DNA of 59,183 nt, counting the filler. It is 8 parts of 8 records of this genome, joined end to end, with 100 filler letters (N's around TTAATTAATTAA, not from the genome) between each part and the next. Parts side by side here need not be neighbours in the genome. Positions count along the whole stretch, not along the records: positions 19,792 to 25,589 come from SRR31147125_63955; positions 25,690 to 31,891 come from SRR31147125_64008; 6 more parts are not named here. One strand, given 5' to 3'. Position 1 is the stretch's first letter, and each line of letters opens with the position of its first letter. The notes beneath the pieces are model-generated. The model searched no databases, had not been told where the DNA came from, and saw only the letters and a list, made by a program, of their open reading frames with translations. Both the position numbers and the translations under genes were made by a program. Shown here one piece after another: positions 20,044 to 29,800 of this stretch.

Positions 20044-20370
20044 ACAACCACCTCAAGTATTCTTCAATAGCCTTTATAGTTGATTCAACACTCCTGCATT
20101 CCAGAAGAATATTTTGACAAAGAGTACAGCGAAATATACGTAGGTGATGAACTAGTAGGTAGTGTAAACATTTCAGATGCTTTGACAGAAAATTGCACAA
20201 TAACTTTGTATTTAGTCAATAGCAACTACAAATTCTTCTTTGTTAACATAGAAGAAGGTAAAGTTATAAACTACGGTGTTTCTGAGCAGCTAAACTAAAA
20301 GTCTATTCATAAGTTGGCAAATAAATTCATAATAAATAATATCAGCAATTATAAAAAAGAGGTGTTATTT

Positions 20371-21810
20371 ATGAATGAATATATGACCACCAGCCAAGGA
20401 AAACCCGTTACAGATGATACTAATTCTTTAACAGCAGGTAAAACCGGTCCTGTATTATTAGAAGATATACATTTGGTCGAGAAATTAGCCCATTTCCATA
20501 GAGAGCGTATCCCAGAACGTGTAGTGCATGCCAACGGTGCAGGAGCGCTAGGGTATTTTGAATGTTTTCGCTCTATGACAAAGTTTACTAGTGCCGACTT
20601 TTTATCAGAAGCAGGTAAAAAAACTGACGTATTAGTTAGGTTTTCTACTGTTATCGGCTCCAAAGGCTCTGCTGACACTTTGCGAGACCCTAGAGGTTTT
20701 GCAGTAAAATTTTATACAGATGCAGGAAATTATGATCTAGTAGGTAATAATCTTCCTGTGTTTTTTATTAGGGATGCAATTAAATTTCCTGATTTAATTC
20801 ATGCTTTTAAGCCCTCGCCTGATAGTAATATTCCTGATAAAAATAGGTTTTGGGATTTCATATCACTAATGCCCGAATCAACCCATATGATTTTATGGCT
20901 TTTTTCAGATAGAGGCACAATCAAATCCTTTAGAAAGATGGAAGGCTTTGGTGTAAATACTTATATGTTTGTAAACAAAGAAGGAGATTATTGCTATGTA
21001 AAATTCCACTGGAAACCTATGCTTGGAGTAGAGACAATAACTCGTCAAGAAGCAACTTTGCTTGCGGGAACTAATCCAGACGTTGCAAAAGAGGACTTAT
21101 TTAATACTATAGCAAATGGCGGTGAGGTAGTATACGATTTAAAGGTGCAGATTTTAGATAAGGAAAAAGTCAATGACTTTTCCTTTAATCCCTTTGATGC
21201 AACTAAAGTATGGCCTGAAGATATATTGCCCTTATTCCCTGTTGGTAGAATGATACTAAATAAAAACCCGGATAATGCATTTGCTCAAATAGAACAGGCT
21301 GCCTTTTGTCCTGCAACTTTGGTAGAAGGCATTCAGCCGTCTCATGATAAGATGCTACAAGGAAGATTGTTTAGCTATGCAGATGCACAACGGTATAGAA
21401 TAGGAACAAATTATCTGCAATTGCCTACAAATAAAGCTCAAGCTGAAGTAAACAATAATCAGCGTGATGGGCAAATGGATTATCGTATCATTCCTGGTAA
21501 AGTCAACTACAGCCCAAATACATTAGCTAATGGTAATCCTAAAGAAGCTGTTACAGGCAATACGCCGCCTAAAGTACCAGTTGATGGATGTATCGGACGT
21601 ACACCTATTGATAAAGAAGACAATTACACACAAGCAGGAGAATTCTACAACTCACTTGAAGTAACTCAGCAAAATCATCTGGTTGACAATCTTGTTTATG
21701 ACTTAAAAAACGTAAAAAAAGATATTCAAGAAAGGCAAGTAGAACACTTCTTACAGGCAGACAGACAGCTAGGTACAAAGGTTGCAAGAGGATTAGGATA
21801 TAATATCTGA
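20371..21810 (+). CDS. katA: Monofunctional heme catalase
   Basis: FHRERIPERVVHANG, RFSTV, RDPRGFAVKFYT, VGNN, RLFSYADAQRYR; RBS GAGGTG before ATG 20371. Confidence 0.95.
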   Translation: MNEYMTTSQGKPVTDDTNSLTAGKTGPVLLEDIHLVEKLAHFHRERIPERVVHANGAGALGYFECFRSMTKFTSADFLSEAGKKTDVLVRFSTVIGSKGSADTLRDPRGFAVKFYTDAGNYDLVGNNLPVFFIRDAIKFPDLIHAFKPSPDSNIPDKNRFWDFISLMPESTHMILWLFSDRGTIKSFRKMEGFGVNTYMFVNKEGDYCYVKFHWKPMLGVETITRQEATLLAGTNPDVAKEDLFNTIANGGEVVYDLKVQILDKEKVNDFSFNPFDATKVWPEDILPLFPVGRMILNKNPDNAFAQIEQAAFCPATLVEGIQPSHDKMLQGRLFSYADAQRYRIGTNYLQLPTNKAQAEVNNNQRDGQMDYRIIPGKVNYSPNTLANGNPKEAVTGNTPPKVPVDGCIGRTPIDKEDNYTQAGEFYNSLEVTQQNHLVDNLVYDLKNVKKDIQERQVEHFLQADRQLGTKVARGLGYNI

Positions 21811-21837
21811 TATATTCATTGTATAATTAATAGCTTG

Positions 21838-21865
21838 ATATCTAGGATATATTTATCCTAGATAT
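21838..21865. terminator. Hairpin between convergent katA and GT39 genes
   Basis: ATATCTAGGATA/TATCCTAGATAT inverted repeat. Confidence 0.65.
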
Positions 21866-21878
21866 TTGTCATTATTCT

Positions 21879-23849
21879 CTAGTTAAGTTTATAAACTGTA
21901 AAGTTTCCTCTTGTTTTGCCATATTCCGAAGCATCAACAATCTCTGTGTTTCTTTTTATCCAGTTATAGATTTCTGCATTCGAATTTCTATTATTACTAT
22001 TGCTGACTACTGCATATCTGACTTCATTATTTTTTACCATTTTAATAAACTCATCAATTGTTATAATATTGTCGCCACCATTAAATCCACCTAAAGCCAT
22101 AACAGCTTCGCCAGACTGCAGTATTAGTTCAGCACCCATATCCATCGAACTTGGAGTCATTGCTAAATAAGTTGCTCCATTTTTATTTTTCTCGAGATAT
22201 TTAATCAAATTAGATAAATCCTGTTCGTTATCAAATTTATCATCTGGTGTTACTAAATCAGGTCCTGTAATAGGTAGCTGCGAATTATCATTGTAAATCA
22301 TTGGCGTAGCTGACCACACGGCAGGTAAAATTAACAATGTGCTAAGTAGTATAGCAAATATTCCTTGTTTTGCTTTCTTTACTACAGCCACAATCATAGT
22401 AACTGATGATATAATAAATATTACGCTGCACAAAGGTATTAAGAAACCATACCACCCCTTATACAAGTTTTGAATATATATCTGAACTATGCAAATAGGA
22501 ATAAATACTATGGGTATCCAGTATCTTTCGCCTTTCATTAGGTGATAATATCCTACGGCGACCAGTCCAGCTATAAATGGTGCAAGTGTTGCGAAATAGT
22601 ACCTATGGGCTAACCCACTGGAAAAGCTAAAATATATAAATATTGGAACAAAACTTAATGCAAAAAACAGCAATGTAATATTTTTAGGGTTGAATCTAAA
22701 ATTTTTCCTTACAACTAAAATAATCAATAAAATGCAAGTAAATATAGAGGGTAATAAAAACCAAGAAATCTGACCTGCATTCTGTTCATTATATAATCTA
22801 AATATGCCTGATTCTCCTGACTCGCCACCAGTTTTCCTATTTGTAGAGATATTGCTGTTATTATTAAATGGAAGTGTGTTCTGCCTATAATCATTTAATC
22901 TGTTTTGATTGTTGTTGTTTGGTCTCTGTCGTGTATTATTAGGCATATTATCGCTAGAATCATTATTTGGATTAATATTTTGCTGATTAGGCAATACTTT
23001 ATCATTATTTTTATCCCCGATACCAGTGCTGCCTCCTCCTATTATTCTGTTTAATCCATTATAGCCAATAGCCAAATCCAAAGCACTGTTACTATCACTG
23101 CTTCCCACGTATGGTCTATTATCTTCTGGAGTAATGTCTACAGCAATTACCCAAGATAGTGAAATTACTAACATTATAATAAATGAAATAGTACAAACCA
23201 AAACTTTCTTTAAAAACTTTTGTTTTGCAAGAATTAAATAAGTTAAATATATCGCAGGTACTATCACAAAAGCTTGCAGCATTTTTACACTGAATCCTAG
23301 CCCGATAAAAACTCCCGCCAAGACTAAATGTTTTGTACTAGCTTTTTCAGTTGCTAACAGTGCTTGTTGGCTTGCTAATACTAACAACAATATTAAAATA
23401 CCATCTATTGTATTATTTCTAGCTACTGCTACAAAAATTGGAGTCAGTGCTAATATTGCAGCAGCAACTAAGCCCGCGCCTTTTGAAAAACGCTTTTTAA
23501 TAATACAATATATCAAATAAACGGATGTAACTGATGCAATTGCCTGCGGTAAAATTAGTGCAGTACCGTTAAAACCAAACAATTTTGTAAAAAGCACTTG
23601 TATCCAAAAACCTAACGGCGGCTTATCTATTGTTACAAATCCTACAGAATCCAATGAATTATAAAAGAATGCATGCATATTCTGCCCCATAGAATATACG
23701 CCGGCTGCGTAATATTCATTTGCAAATCCTAACTTCCATATCATAAAAATGTTTAAAAAGGCTGAAATCAAAAGTATAAGTATAATAGGCATATTATCTT
23801 TAAACCTATATCGTTTTATATTTTCATTAGTTATTATTTCTCTATTCAT
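21879..23849 (-). CDS. GT39/ArnT-like (PMT family, YkcB-like) membrane glycosyltransferase
   Basis: NEYYAAGV, IDKPPLG, RNNTID, VKMLQAF, RPYVGSS, GGFNGGD; many TM helices; Asn-rich loop. Confidence 0.88.
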   Translation of the reverse strand: MNREIITNENIKRYRFKDNMPIILILLISAFLNIFMIWKLGFANEYYAAGVYSMGQNMHAFFYNSLDSVGFVTIDKPPLGFWIQVLFTKLFGFNGTALILPQAIASVTSVYLIYCIIKKRFSKGAGLVAAAILALTPIFVAVARNNTIDGILILLLVLASQQALLATEKASTKHLVLAGVFIGLGFSVKMLQAFVIVPAIYLTYLILAKQKFLKKVLVCTISFIIMLVISLSWVIAVDITPEDNRPYVGSSDSNSALDLAIGYNGLNRIIGGGSTGIGDKNNDKVLPNQQNINPNNDSSDNMPNNTRQRPNNNNQNRLNDYRQNTLPFNNNSNISTNRKTGGESGESGIFRLYNEQNAGQISWFLLPSIFTCILLIILVVRKNFRFNPKNITLLFFALSFVPIFIYFSFSSGLAHRYYFATLAPFIAGLVAVGYYHLMKGERYWIPIVFIPICIVQIYIQNLYKGWYGFLIPLCSVIFIISSVTMIVAVVKKAKQGIFAILLSTLLILPAVWSATPMIYNDNSQLPITGPDLVTPDDKFDNEQDLSNLIKYLEKNKNGATYLAMTPSSMDMGAELILQSGEAVMALGGFNGGDNIITIDEFIKMVKNNEVRYAVVSNSNNRNSNAEIYNWIKRNTEIVDASEYGKTRGNFTVYKLN

Positions 23850-24125
23850 TAATACTCCTTCAAAAATCCTTATTAAGATTTATTTAATTTATCCAACAGT
23901 CATTTAACATATTTAACCATATAAATGTCACATCTATTTTACACATACATTTAGAGACTACTGATTAACTGATAACATCCTTGGATAATAATTACATTGC
24001 AGCACCTAATTAATTATACACAATAATAATTTTGACATTAATCATACTAATTAAACATTGAAATTATATTGTTTACCTATAATTCACGTAATCTTTGTGC
24101 TATAATTATATTAAGGTGACAACAT

Positions 24126-24953
24126 ATGAAAATTATAAGTTTAGTTGATGATATAAGCACAAATAGTAATTTAATTAGTGAGCATGGTCTTTCATTTTAT
24201 ATTGAAGCAGCTTCAAAGAAATACCTTTTCGATACGGGAGCTTCCGATGCCTTTTTACACAATGCAAATTCAATTGGATTAAACATCAAAGAAATTGATG
24301 CTTTGTTTTTGTCCCACAACCATTACGATCATATAGGCGGTCTATTACACTTTATGGATATAAATAAAAAGGCAAAAATATATATTAAAGAAGATGCAGT
24401 TTATGAGACATTCTATCAAGTAAACGACTTTAAATGCTATGTTGGTCAATACCATAAAGAATTATTATTATCAAATAGAATTGTATTCGTCAAAAATAGT
24501 ATGCGGGTTAACAATATCTATCTTGTCTCAGACACTACAGGCAAAAAAGATTATTTTTGCCAAGGCAGCACATTCTATATTGATAAAAACAATGAAATTA
24601 AAAAAGATAATTTTACTCATGAAATGTTTCTAGTTTATATTAAGGATAATAAAGTAAATATTATCTCCGCTTGCAGCCACCGCGGCATAGTAAATATAAT
24701 AGAAACAACAAAGACAAAATTCAATCTTCCTATAAATAGTATAATTGCTGGCTTTCATTTATCTGCAAAAGGCGGTAAATCAATAAATTGTACTAATGAA
24801 TATTATGAAAGATTAGTTGAGTATTTTAAGGATAATAATCTAAAGAATCTTTATACATGCCACTGTACAGGTAAGTATCCATATGAAAAACTAAAGCATG
24901 ATTTAAATGATAATATTAATTATTTCTACATAGGTAATGAAGTAAATATATAA
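24126..24953 (+). CDS. MBL-fold metallo-hydrolase
   Basis: EHGLSF, FDTG, SHNHYDHIGG, CSHRG, GFHL, HCTG. Confidence 0.9.
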   Translation: MKIISLVDDISTNSNLISEHGLSFYIEAASKKYLFDTGASDAFLHNANSIGLNIKEIDALFLSHNHYDHIGGLLHFMDINKKAKIYIKEDAVYETFYQVNDFKCYVGQYHKELLLSNRIVFVKNSMRVNNIYLVSDTTGKKDYFCQGSTFYIDKNNEIKKDNFTHEMFLVYIKDNKVNIISACSHRGIVNIIETTKTKFNLPINSIIAGFHLSAKGGKSINCTNEYYERLVEYFKDNNLKNLYTCHCTGKYPYEKLKHDLNDNINYFYIGNEVNI

Positions 24954-24972
24954 ATGGTATAAGGAGAATGTT

Positions 24973-25533
24973 ATGAGTAAAACCGTTTCACAGCTTACAG
25001 ATGAAGAGCGCGCAAAACTCTTCCCTATTATTTTAGAGGAGTATAATCCTGAGTGGAAGCAATGGTATAAGGAAGAGAAAGAAAATATACTTAGTAACAT
25101 TATAGATATTGCTAACATTTATCATTACGGCAGTACATCAATCCCAAATATTATGGCTAAACCTACTGTAGATATTTTAGTTGAGATAGAAAAATCAACA
25201 GATTTAAAAAAATTAAAAAATTCATTTATAAACTTAGGCTATAATTATATAAATTTCGGCAAATCACCATCTATGACATTTGTCAAGGGATATACCATTA
25301 ATGGGTTTGCAGAAAAAGTTTTCCATGTTCATATACACTACAAAGGTCTTCAAGAGGAATTATTGTTTAGAGATTATTTAATAAACCACCCTAATTTAGC
25401 AAAAGAATATGAACAACTAAAGCTTAGCTTGTTAGAAAAATATGAATATGATAGAGATAGATATACTTATGCAAAGTCAGAATTTGTAAGTAATACTACT
25501 GATAAGGCAATAAACGCCCTTATAAAGGAATGA
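24973..25533 (+). CDS. GrpB family protein
   Basis: HYGSTSIP, AKPTVDILV, FHVH, FRDYL, YTYAKSEFV. Confidence 0.88.
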   Translation: MSKTVSQLTDEERAKLFPIILEEYNPEWKQWYKEEKENILSNIIDIANIYHYGSTSIPNIMAKPTVDILVEIEKSTDLKKLKNSFINLGYNYINFGKSPSMTFVKGYTINGFAEKVFHVHIHYKGLQEELLFRDYLINHPNLAKEYEQLKLSLLEKYEYDRDRYTYAKSEFVSNTTDKAINALIKE

Positions 25534-25589
25534 TATATGAAACTTATCTACTTATTCTTTAGGGACTGTTGAAAAATTTCTATTTTTCA

Positions 25590-25689
25590 NNNNNNNNNNN
25601 NNNNNNNNNNNNNNNNNNNNNNNNNNNNNNNNNTTAATTAATTAANNNNNNNNNNNNNNNNNNNNNNNNNNNNNNNNNNNNNNNNNNNN
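25590..25689. other. Artificial contig spacer
   Basis: N-TTAATTAATTAA-N, 100 bp. Confidence 0.98.
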
Positions 25690-25691
25690 CC

Positions 25692-26426
25692 CTGCTCCAT
25701 GCCGTGGCCGTGGTCAAGGTGGGGGTATTCTCCATTGTCCGGGTGATCACAGGCATTTTCGGGGTGGACCTGCTTTCGTCATTTAACCTGGGGGTGGTCA
25801 TCATGTCCATTGCCGCGGTCACCATCCTGGTGGCCTCCTGCATTGCCCTGTCCCAGGATGAACTCAAACGGCGGCTGGCCTATTCCACCATTTCCCAGCT
25901 TTCCTATATTGTATTCGGCGTGGCCCTGCTCTCCCCTCTGGGGCTCCAGGGCGGGGTGGTCCACATCCTCATGCACGCCTTTGGCAAGATCACGCTCTTT
26001 TTCTGCGCCGGCGCCATTTTTGTGGCCACGGGCAAAAAATACATCAGCCAGATGAAAGGTTTAGGCAAAAAAATGCCTATTACGTTCGCAGCCTTTTTCA
26101 TCGGTTCTCTGGGGGTCATCGGCCTGCCCCCCTCAGGCGGATTCTACTCTAAGTGGAACCTGATCCTGGGCACCCTGGAGTCCGGGCACACCATTTTCAT
26201 GGTGGTGCTTTTGCTCTCCTCTTTTCTCAATGCCTTTTATTTTCTGCCCATTGTCTACCAGGGCTTTTTCGGCACAAGCGAGGTGCCCGAAGATAATGAG
26301 CCGGGTGTGAAAGAGGCCAACCTCTGCTGTGTGGTCCCTCTGGCCATCACTGCTATTGTGTCAATCGTACTATTCTTTTTCCCGGATATGTTTATGGATT
26401 TGATTAAACTGGGTCTGGGACTGTAA
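25692..26426 (+). CDS. mrpD: Mrp antiporter subunit D-like protein, 5'-truncated
   Basis: LHAVAVVKVG, LKRRLAYSTISQL, HAFGKITLFFCAG, IGLPP...FYSK. Confidence 0.85.
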   Translation: MLHAVAVVKVGVFSIVRVITGIFGVDLLSSFNLGVVIMSIAAVTILVASCIALSQDELKRRLAYSTISQLSYIVFGVALLSPLGLQGGVVHILMHAFGKITLFFCAGAIFVATGKKYISQMKGLGKKMPITFAAFFIGSLGVIGLPPSGGFYSKWNLILGTLESGHTIFMVVLLLSSFLNAFYFLPIVYQGFFGTSEVPEDNEPGVKEANLCCVVPLAITAIVSIVLFFFPDMFMDLIKLGLGL

Positions 26427-26437
26427 GGAGACGCCAT

Positions 26438-26584
26438 ATGAGCGGAATCAGAAAGAAAAAATTCGGCAAACACGAGTATGAAATCCTGGACCACGACGCG
26501 GTGCCCGGATACAAAAGGGCCTTCCACATTGTTATCACTGTGGCTGTGGTCTATTTTATCTATATTTTTTCAACTGCCCATTAG
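26438..26584 (+). CDS. 48-aa single-TM protein not in the ORF track
   Basis: RBS AAGGAG, ATG 26438, MSGIRKKKFGKHEYEILDHDAVPGYKRAFHIVITVAVVYFIYIFSTAH, TAG 26584; fills the operon gap. Confidence 0.7.
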   Translation: MSGIRKKKFGKHEYEILDHDAVPGYKRAFHIVITVAVVYFIYIFSTAH

Positions 26585-26602
26585 AATTCCAAGGAATATA
26601 GA

Positions 26603-26848
26603 ATGAAAAAGGAACTGACGATATTTGACAATCCAAAGAATGTCAAACGGCTCCGCAGGGGGTTTTACCTGGCCCTGGTCCTGGTGCTGGTGGCGGAATT
26701 CTTTGTGGATATGCACGGGGAATTCCATGTGGAGCATTATTTTGGCTTTTATGCGGTATACGGGTTTATCTCCTATGTGCTGCTGATTTTTGTGGCCAAA
26801 TTCTTAAGAACTATTCTCATGCGCAAAGAGGACTATTATGATCGCTAA
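26603..26848 (+). CDS. Small two-TM protein in the Mrp-type operon
   Basis: FDNPKNVKRL...GFYAVYGF...LMRKEDYY; overlaps the next gene. Confidence 0.75.
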   Translation: MKKELTIFDNPKNVKRLRRGFYLALVLVLVAEFFVDMHGEFHVEHYFGFYAVYGFISYVLLIFVAKFLRTILMRKEDYYDR

Positions 26849-28610
26849 TCTTATTCCCCCTGCATTTATTCTGGTACTGGGCGCCGCCCTGATTCCCTTT
26901 TTGCGCGGGAACGCCAAAAAAATATGGATGCTGGCCCTGCCTGCCCTGGCCTTTGTCGCCATGGTCAACCTGCCCAACGGGTCCTATTGGACCGTGGATT
27001 TCTGGGGGTATGAACTGATCCTGGGGCGGGTGGACAAGCTGTCCCGCATCTTTATCTATGTATTCACCATCATGGCCTTTTTAGGGGTGCTTTTTGCCCT
27101 CCAGGTCAAGGACAACCTCCAGCATGTGGCAGGCCTGGTATATGCCGGCTCCACCCTGGGCGTGGTTCTGGCAGGGGATTTTCTCTCCCTTTACCTCTTC
27201 TGGGAAGTCATGGCGGTCTCCTCCACCTTTCTGGTCATTGCCGGCAGGACCAAGGACGCCAGGGAGGCAGGGTTCCGTTATATCCTGGTCCATCTGGTGG
27301 GCGGGCTTTTCCTTTTGGCGGGCATTGTGCTCTACGCCCAGAAAACAGGCACGTTTAAGTTCGGGTATATCGGCCTGGACGGGCTGGATTCCTGGCTCAT
27401 CCTCATCGGCATCGCCCTGAACGCCGCAGCCTTTCCTCTCCACGCCTGGCTGCCCGACGCCTACCCCATGGGCACCCCGACCTCAACGGTCTTTTTGAGC
27501 GCTTTTACCACAAAATCAGCGGTTTACCTGCTCATTAGAACCTTTCCCGGCACTGAGCTGCTCATTGTCATCGGCGGGATCATGGTTTCTCTGCCCATTT
27601 TTTACGCCGTACTTGAAAATAATATCCGGCGTGTGCTTTCATACAGTCTTATGAACCAGGTCGGTTTCATGATGGTGGGCATCGGCATCGGCACTGAACT
27701 GGCCCTGAACGGGGCCGTGGCCCATGCTTTCTGCCACATCATCTATAAGGCCCTGCTCTTTATGGCGGCAGGCTCCGTGCTCCAGCAGACCGGCAAGATC
27801 AACTGCACCGAGATCGGCGGGCTGTACAAGACCATGCCCCTGACCTGTCTCTTCTGCATGGTCGGGGCGGCCTCCATATCGGCCTTCCCCTTCTTTTCAG
27901 GCTTTGTCTCCAAATCCATGATTGTTTCGGCCTCGGCCAGTGAACAGATCTTTTTGCTCTGGCTGGTGCTCCAGTTCGCCTCCACAGGGGTGGTTGACCA
28001 TGCCGGGATCAAGGTGCCGTTTTTTACCTTTTTCGGCCACGACTCAGGCATCCGTGCCAAGGAACCCCCCTTGAACATGCTCCTGGCCATGGGCATTGCC
28101 GCAGCCCTCTGCGTGGGCCTGGGCGTCTTTTACCAGCCCCTGTACAATCTTTTGCCCTTTCCGGTCCATTATGAGCCTTATACCGGCGCCCATGTGGTTA
28201 CACAGCTCCAGCTGCTCCTGTTCGGCGCCCTGGCCTTTACCCTGCTCATCCTTTCCGGGTACTATGTGCCCGAGGTCAGATCCAAAAACCTGGATGCCGA
28301 CTGGACTTACAGGATGCTGGGCAGAAAGGTCTATGCCTTTTTGGACAAGGGCCTGAACGGGCTGAACCGGTTCAGTGAGACCGTGCTCATCTCTACGGTC
28401 AAAGGGGTGACCACCTTTTTCCGTACCCTTGTGGTCCATATCTCTTTGTTCGCGGCGGTGAACATCTGGCTGATCCAGGGAGACCGGGACAAGCGCCTGG
28501 CCATTAAGAAACAGCGGCTTTACGCTGACATGATGGAAGGGACCGTGCCCATCGGCATCGGAGCGGCCGCAGCGGTTTCCTTTATTCTCCTGGTATTTAT
28601 TTTGACCTAA
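26838..28610 (+). CDS. Na+/H+ antiporter subunit D-like protein
   Basis: FWEVMA, PLHAWLPDAYP, FTTKSAVY, RRVLSYS, HIIYKALLFM, GFVSK. Confidence 0.9.
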   Translation: MIANLIPPAFILVLGAALIPFLRGNAKKIWMLALPALAFVAMVNLPNGSYWTVDFWGYELILGRVDKLSRIFIYVFTIMAFLGVLFALQVKDNLQHVAGLVYAGSTLGVVLAGDFLSLYLFWEVMAVSSTFLVIAGRTKDAREAGFRYILVHLVGGLFLLAGIVLYAQKTGTFKFGYIGLDGLDSWLILIGIALNAAAFPLHAWLPDAYPMGTPTSTVFLSAFTTKSAVYLLIRTFPGTELLIVIGGIMVSLPIFYAVLENNIRRVLSYSLMNQVGFMMVGIGIGTELALNGAVAHAFCHIIYKALLFMAAGSVLQQTGKINCTEIGGLYKTMPLTCLFCMVGAASISAFPFFSGFVSKSMIVSASASEQIFLLWLVLQFASTGVVDHAGIKVPFFTFFGHDSGIRAKEPPLNMLLAMGIAAALCVGLGVFYQPLYNLLPFPVHYEPYTGAHVVTQLQLLLFGALAFTLLILSGYYVPEVRSKNLDADWTYRMLGRKVYAFLDKGLNGLNRFSETVLISTVKGVTTFFRTLVVHISLFAAVNIWLIQGDRDKRLAIKKQRLYADMMEGTVPIGIGAAAAVSFILLVFILT

Positions 28611-28660
28611 AGGTCAGACCTAACTTAAACTAAAGGTCATAAAGGACTTAGATATAAAAG

Positions 28661-29167
28661 ATGGTAAAAATAGAAGACCTTAAACGGATCAACATGCTTA
28701 AAGCCGTGCCGGATCACCTCCTTGGGATTATCAGCCGGGAGGCCCAGCTCAACATCTACGGCACCCGAACCCAATTGTTCTCCCTGGGGGATAAAATCGA
28801 TACCTTTTACATGATGGTCATGGGCCAGGTGGCTTTAACGGTCGCATTGAACGAGGAGGTCGACGTCATCCTGGACAATCTCCAGTCCGGCGGTTCCTTT
28901 GGCTCCGCCGCCCTCATGACCGAGGCCATTGCCTCCTATACGGCGGTCTGCCAGGAACCCTGTGAGGTGATCACCCTTAACGGTCCCAGGATGCAGGCGC
29001 AGTTCCAAACCAACCCGGAGCTGGCATATCATCTTATGACCGGTGTGGCAGGGCAATATAAACGGACCATGGATGAACGGGCCCGGATGATCATGAAAAC
29101 CCTGGAAGAGCGCCCTGAACTGCGCCAGAGCATACGTGACATCAATGAGCTGACCCCGGTCTACTAG
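28661..29167 (+). CDS. Stand-alone cyclic nucleotide-binding domain protein
   Basis: LFSLGD, FYMMVMGQV, GGSFGSAAL, YTAVC; no HTH. Confidence 0.8.
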   Translation: MVKIEDLKRINMLKAVPDHLLGIISREAQLNIYGTRTQLFSLGDKIDTFYMMVMGQVALTVALNEEVDVILDNLQSGGSFGSAALMTEAIASYTAVCQEPCEVITLNGPRMQAQFQTNPELAYHLMTGVAGQYKRTMDERARMIMKTLEERPELRQSIRDINELTPVY

Positions 29168-29210
29168 GCCGTAAACTTAAGTGAAAAGGCCTTAATTAAA
29201 GGATACGCAA

Positions 29211-29699
29211 ATGGTTGAAATCGAGGATCTTAAACATATACATTTTATCAATTCCCTGCCCGACGAGGTGCTGGCCAAAATTGCCACGGTGGCCCAGATG
29301 GAACGCTTTGAGGAAGAAGAGGTGCTCGTCCGCCAGGACCAGGCCCAGCATCAGATTTACATGCTGGTCTCAGGGCGGGTCTTTCTCAATTGCCGGGCCA
29401 ATGGCGGCAAGGTTTTGACCCTGGATGAACTTTCCCCTGGCCAGACCTTCGGGGTTTCGGCCCTCCTGGAAAATTCCCCGGCCACCTATACGGCCATCTG
29501 TGCCGAGCAAAGCGTCATGATCACCCTGGCATCGGCCCAGATGATCCAATTGTTCAAGTCGGATTACGTCATTGGACACACGGTGATGCAGAAGGTGGTG
29601 GAAAAATTTAAAAACCGGCTGAACCGGCATACCAAGCAGTTCCTTTATTCCCTTGCCAATCATCCGGATTTGGCAGTCGGACCCGGGGCCAAGCAATAG
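29211..29699 (+). CDS. Stand-alone cyclic nucleotide-binding domain protein, paralog of the preceding gene
   Basis: IYMLVSGRV, PGQTFGVSAL, YTAIC; N-terminus MVEIEDLK versus MVKIEDLK. Confidence 0.82.
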   Translation: MVEIEDLKHIHFINSLPDEVLAKIATVAQMERFEEEEVLVRQDQAQHQIYMLVSGRVFLNCRANGGKVLTLDELSPGQTFGVSALLENSPATYTAICAEQSVMITLASAQMIQLFKSDYVIGHTVMQKVVEKFKNRLNRHTKQFLYSLANHPDLAVGPGAKQ

Positions 29700-29723
29700 A
29701 AGGTAGCTCTCATCCTTTATTTT

Positions 29724-29765
29724 CAGCGCCCATGGGTCTTACTTGCCCATGGGCGCTGTTTTTTT
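29724..29765 (+). terminator. Intrinsic terminator ending the mrp-cNMP operon
   Basis: CAGCGCCCATGGG/CCCATGGGCGCTG followed by T7. Confidence 0.88.
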
Positions 29766-29800
29766 GGGGATCCTTAACCCGATAGATCAGAAGGGAACAG

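Noticed and set aside
20320-20356. PerR/Fur box upstream of katA
   Set aside because: AT-rich with only a partial match; indistinguishable from background
22850-23010. Asn/Gln-rich insert in GT39 as a novel domain
   Set aside because: Low-complexity loops at this position are usual in YkcB-like proteins
25560-25589. IS terminal repeat at contig end (GGGACTGTTGAAAAA)
   Set aside because: Only 30 bp visible and equally consistent with a terminator hairpin
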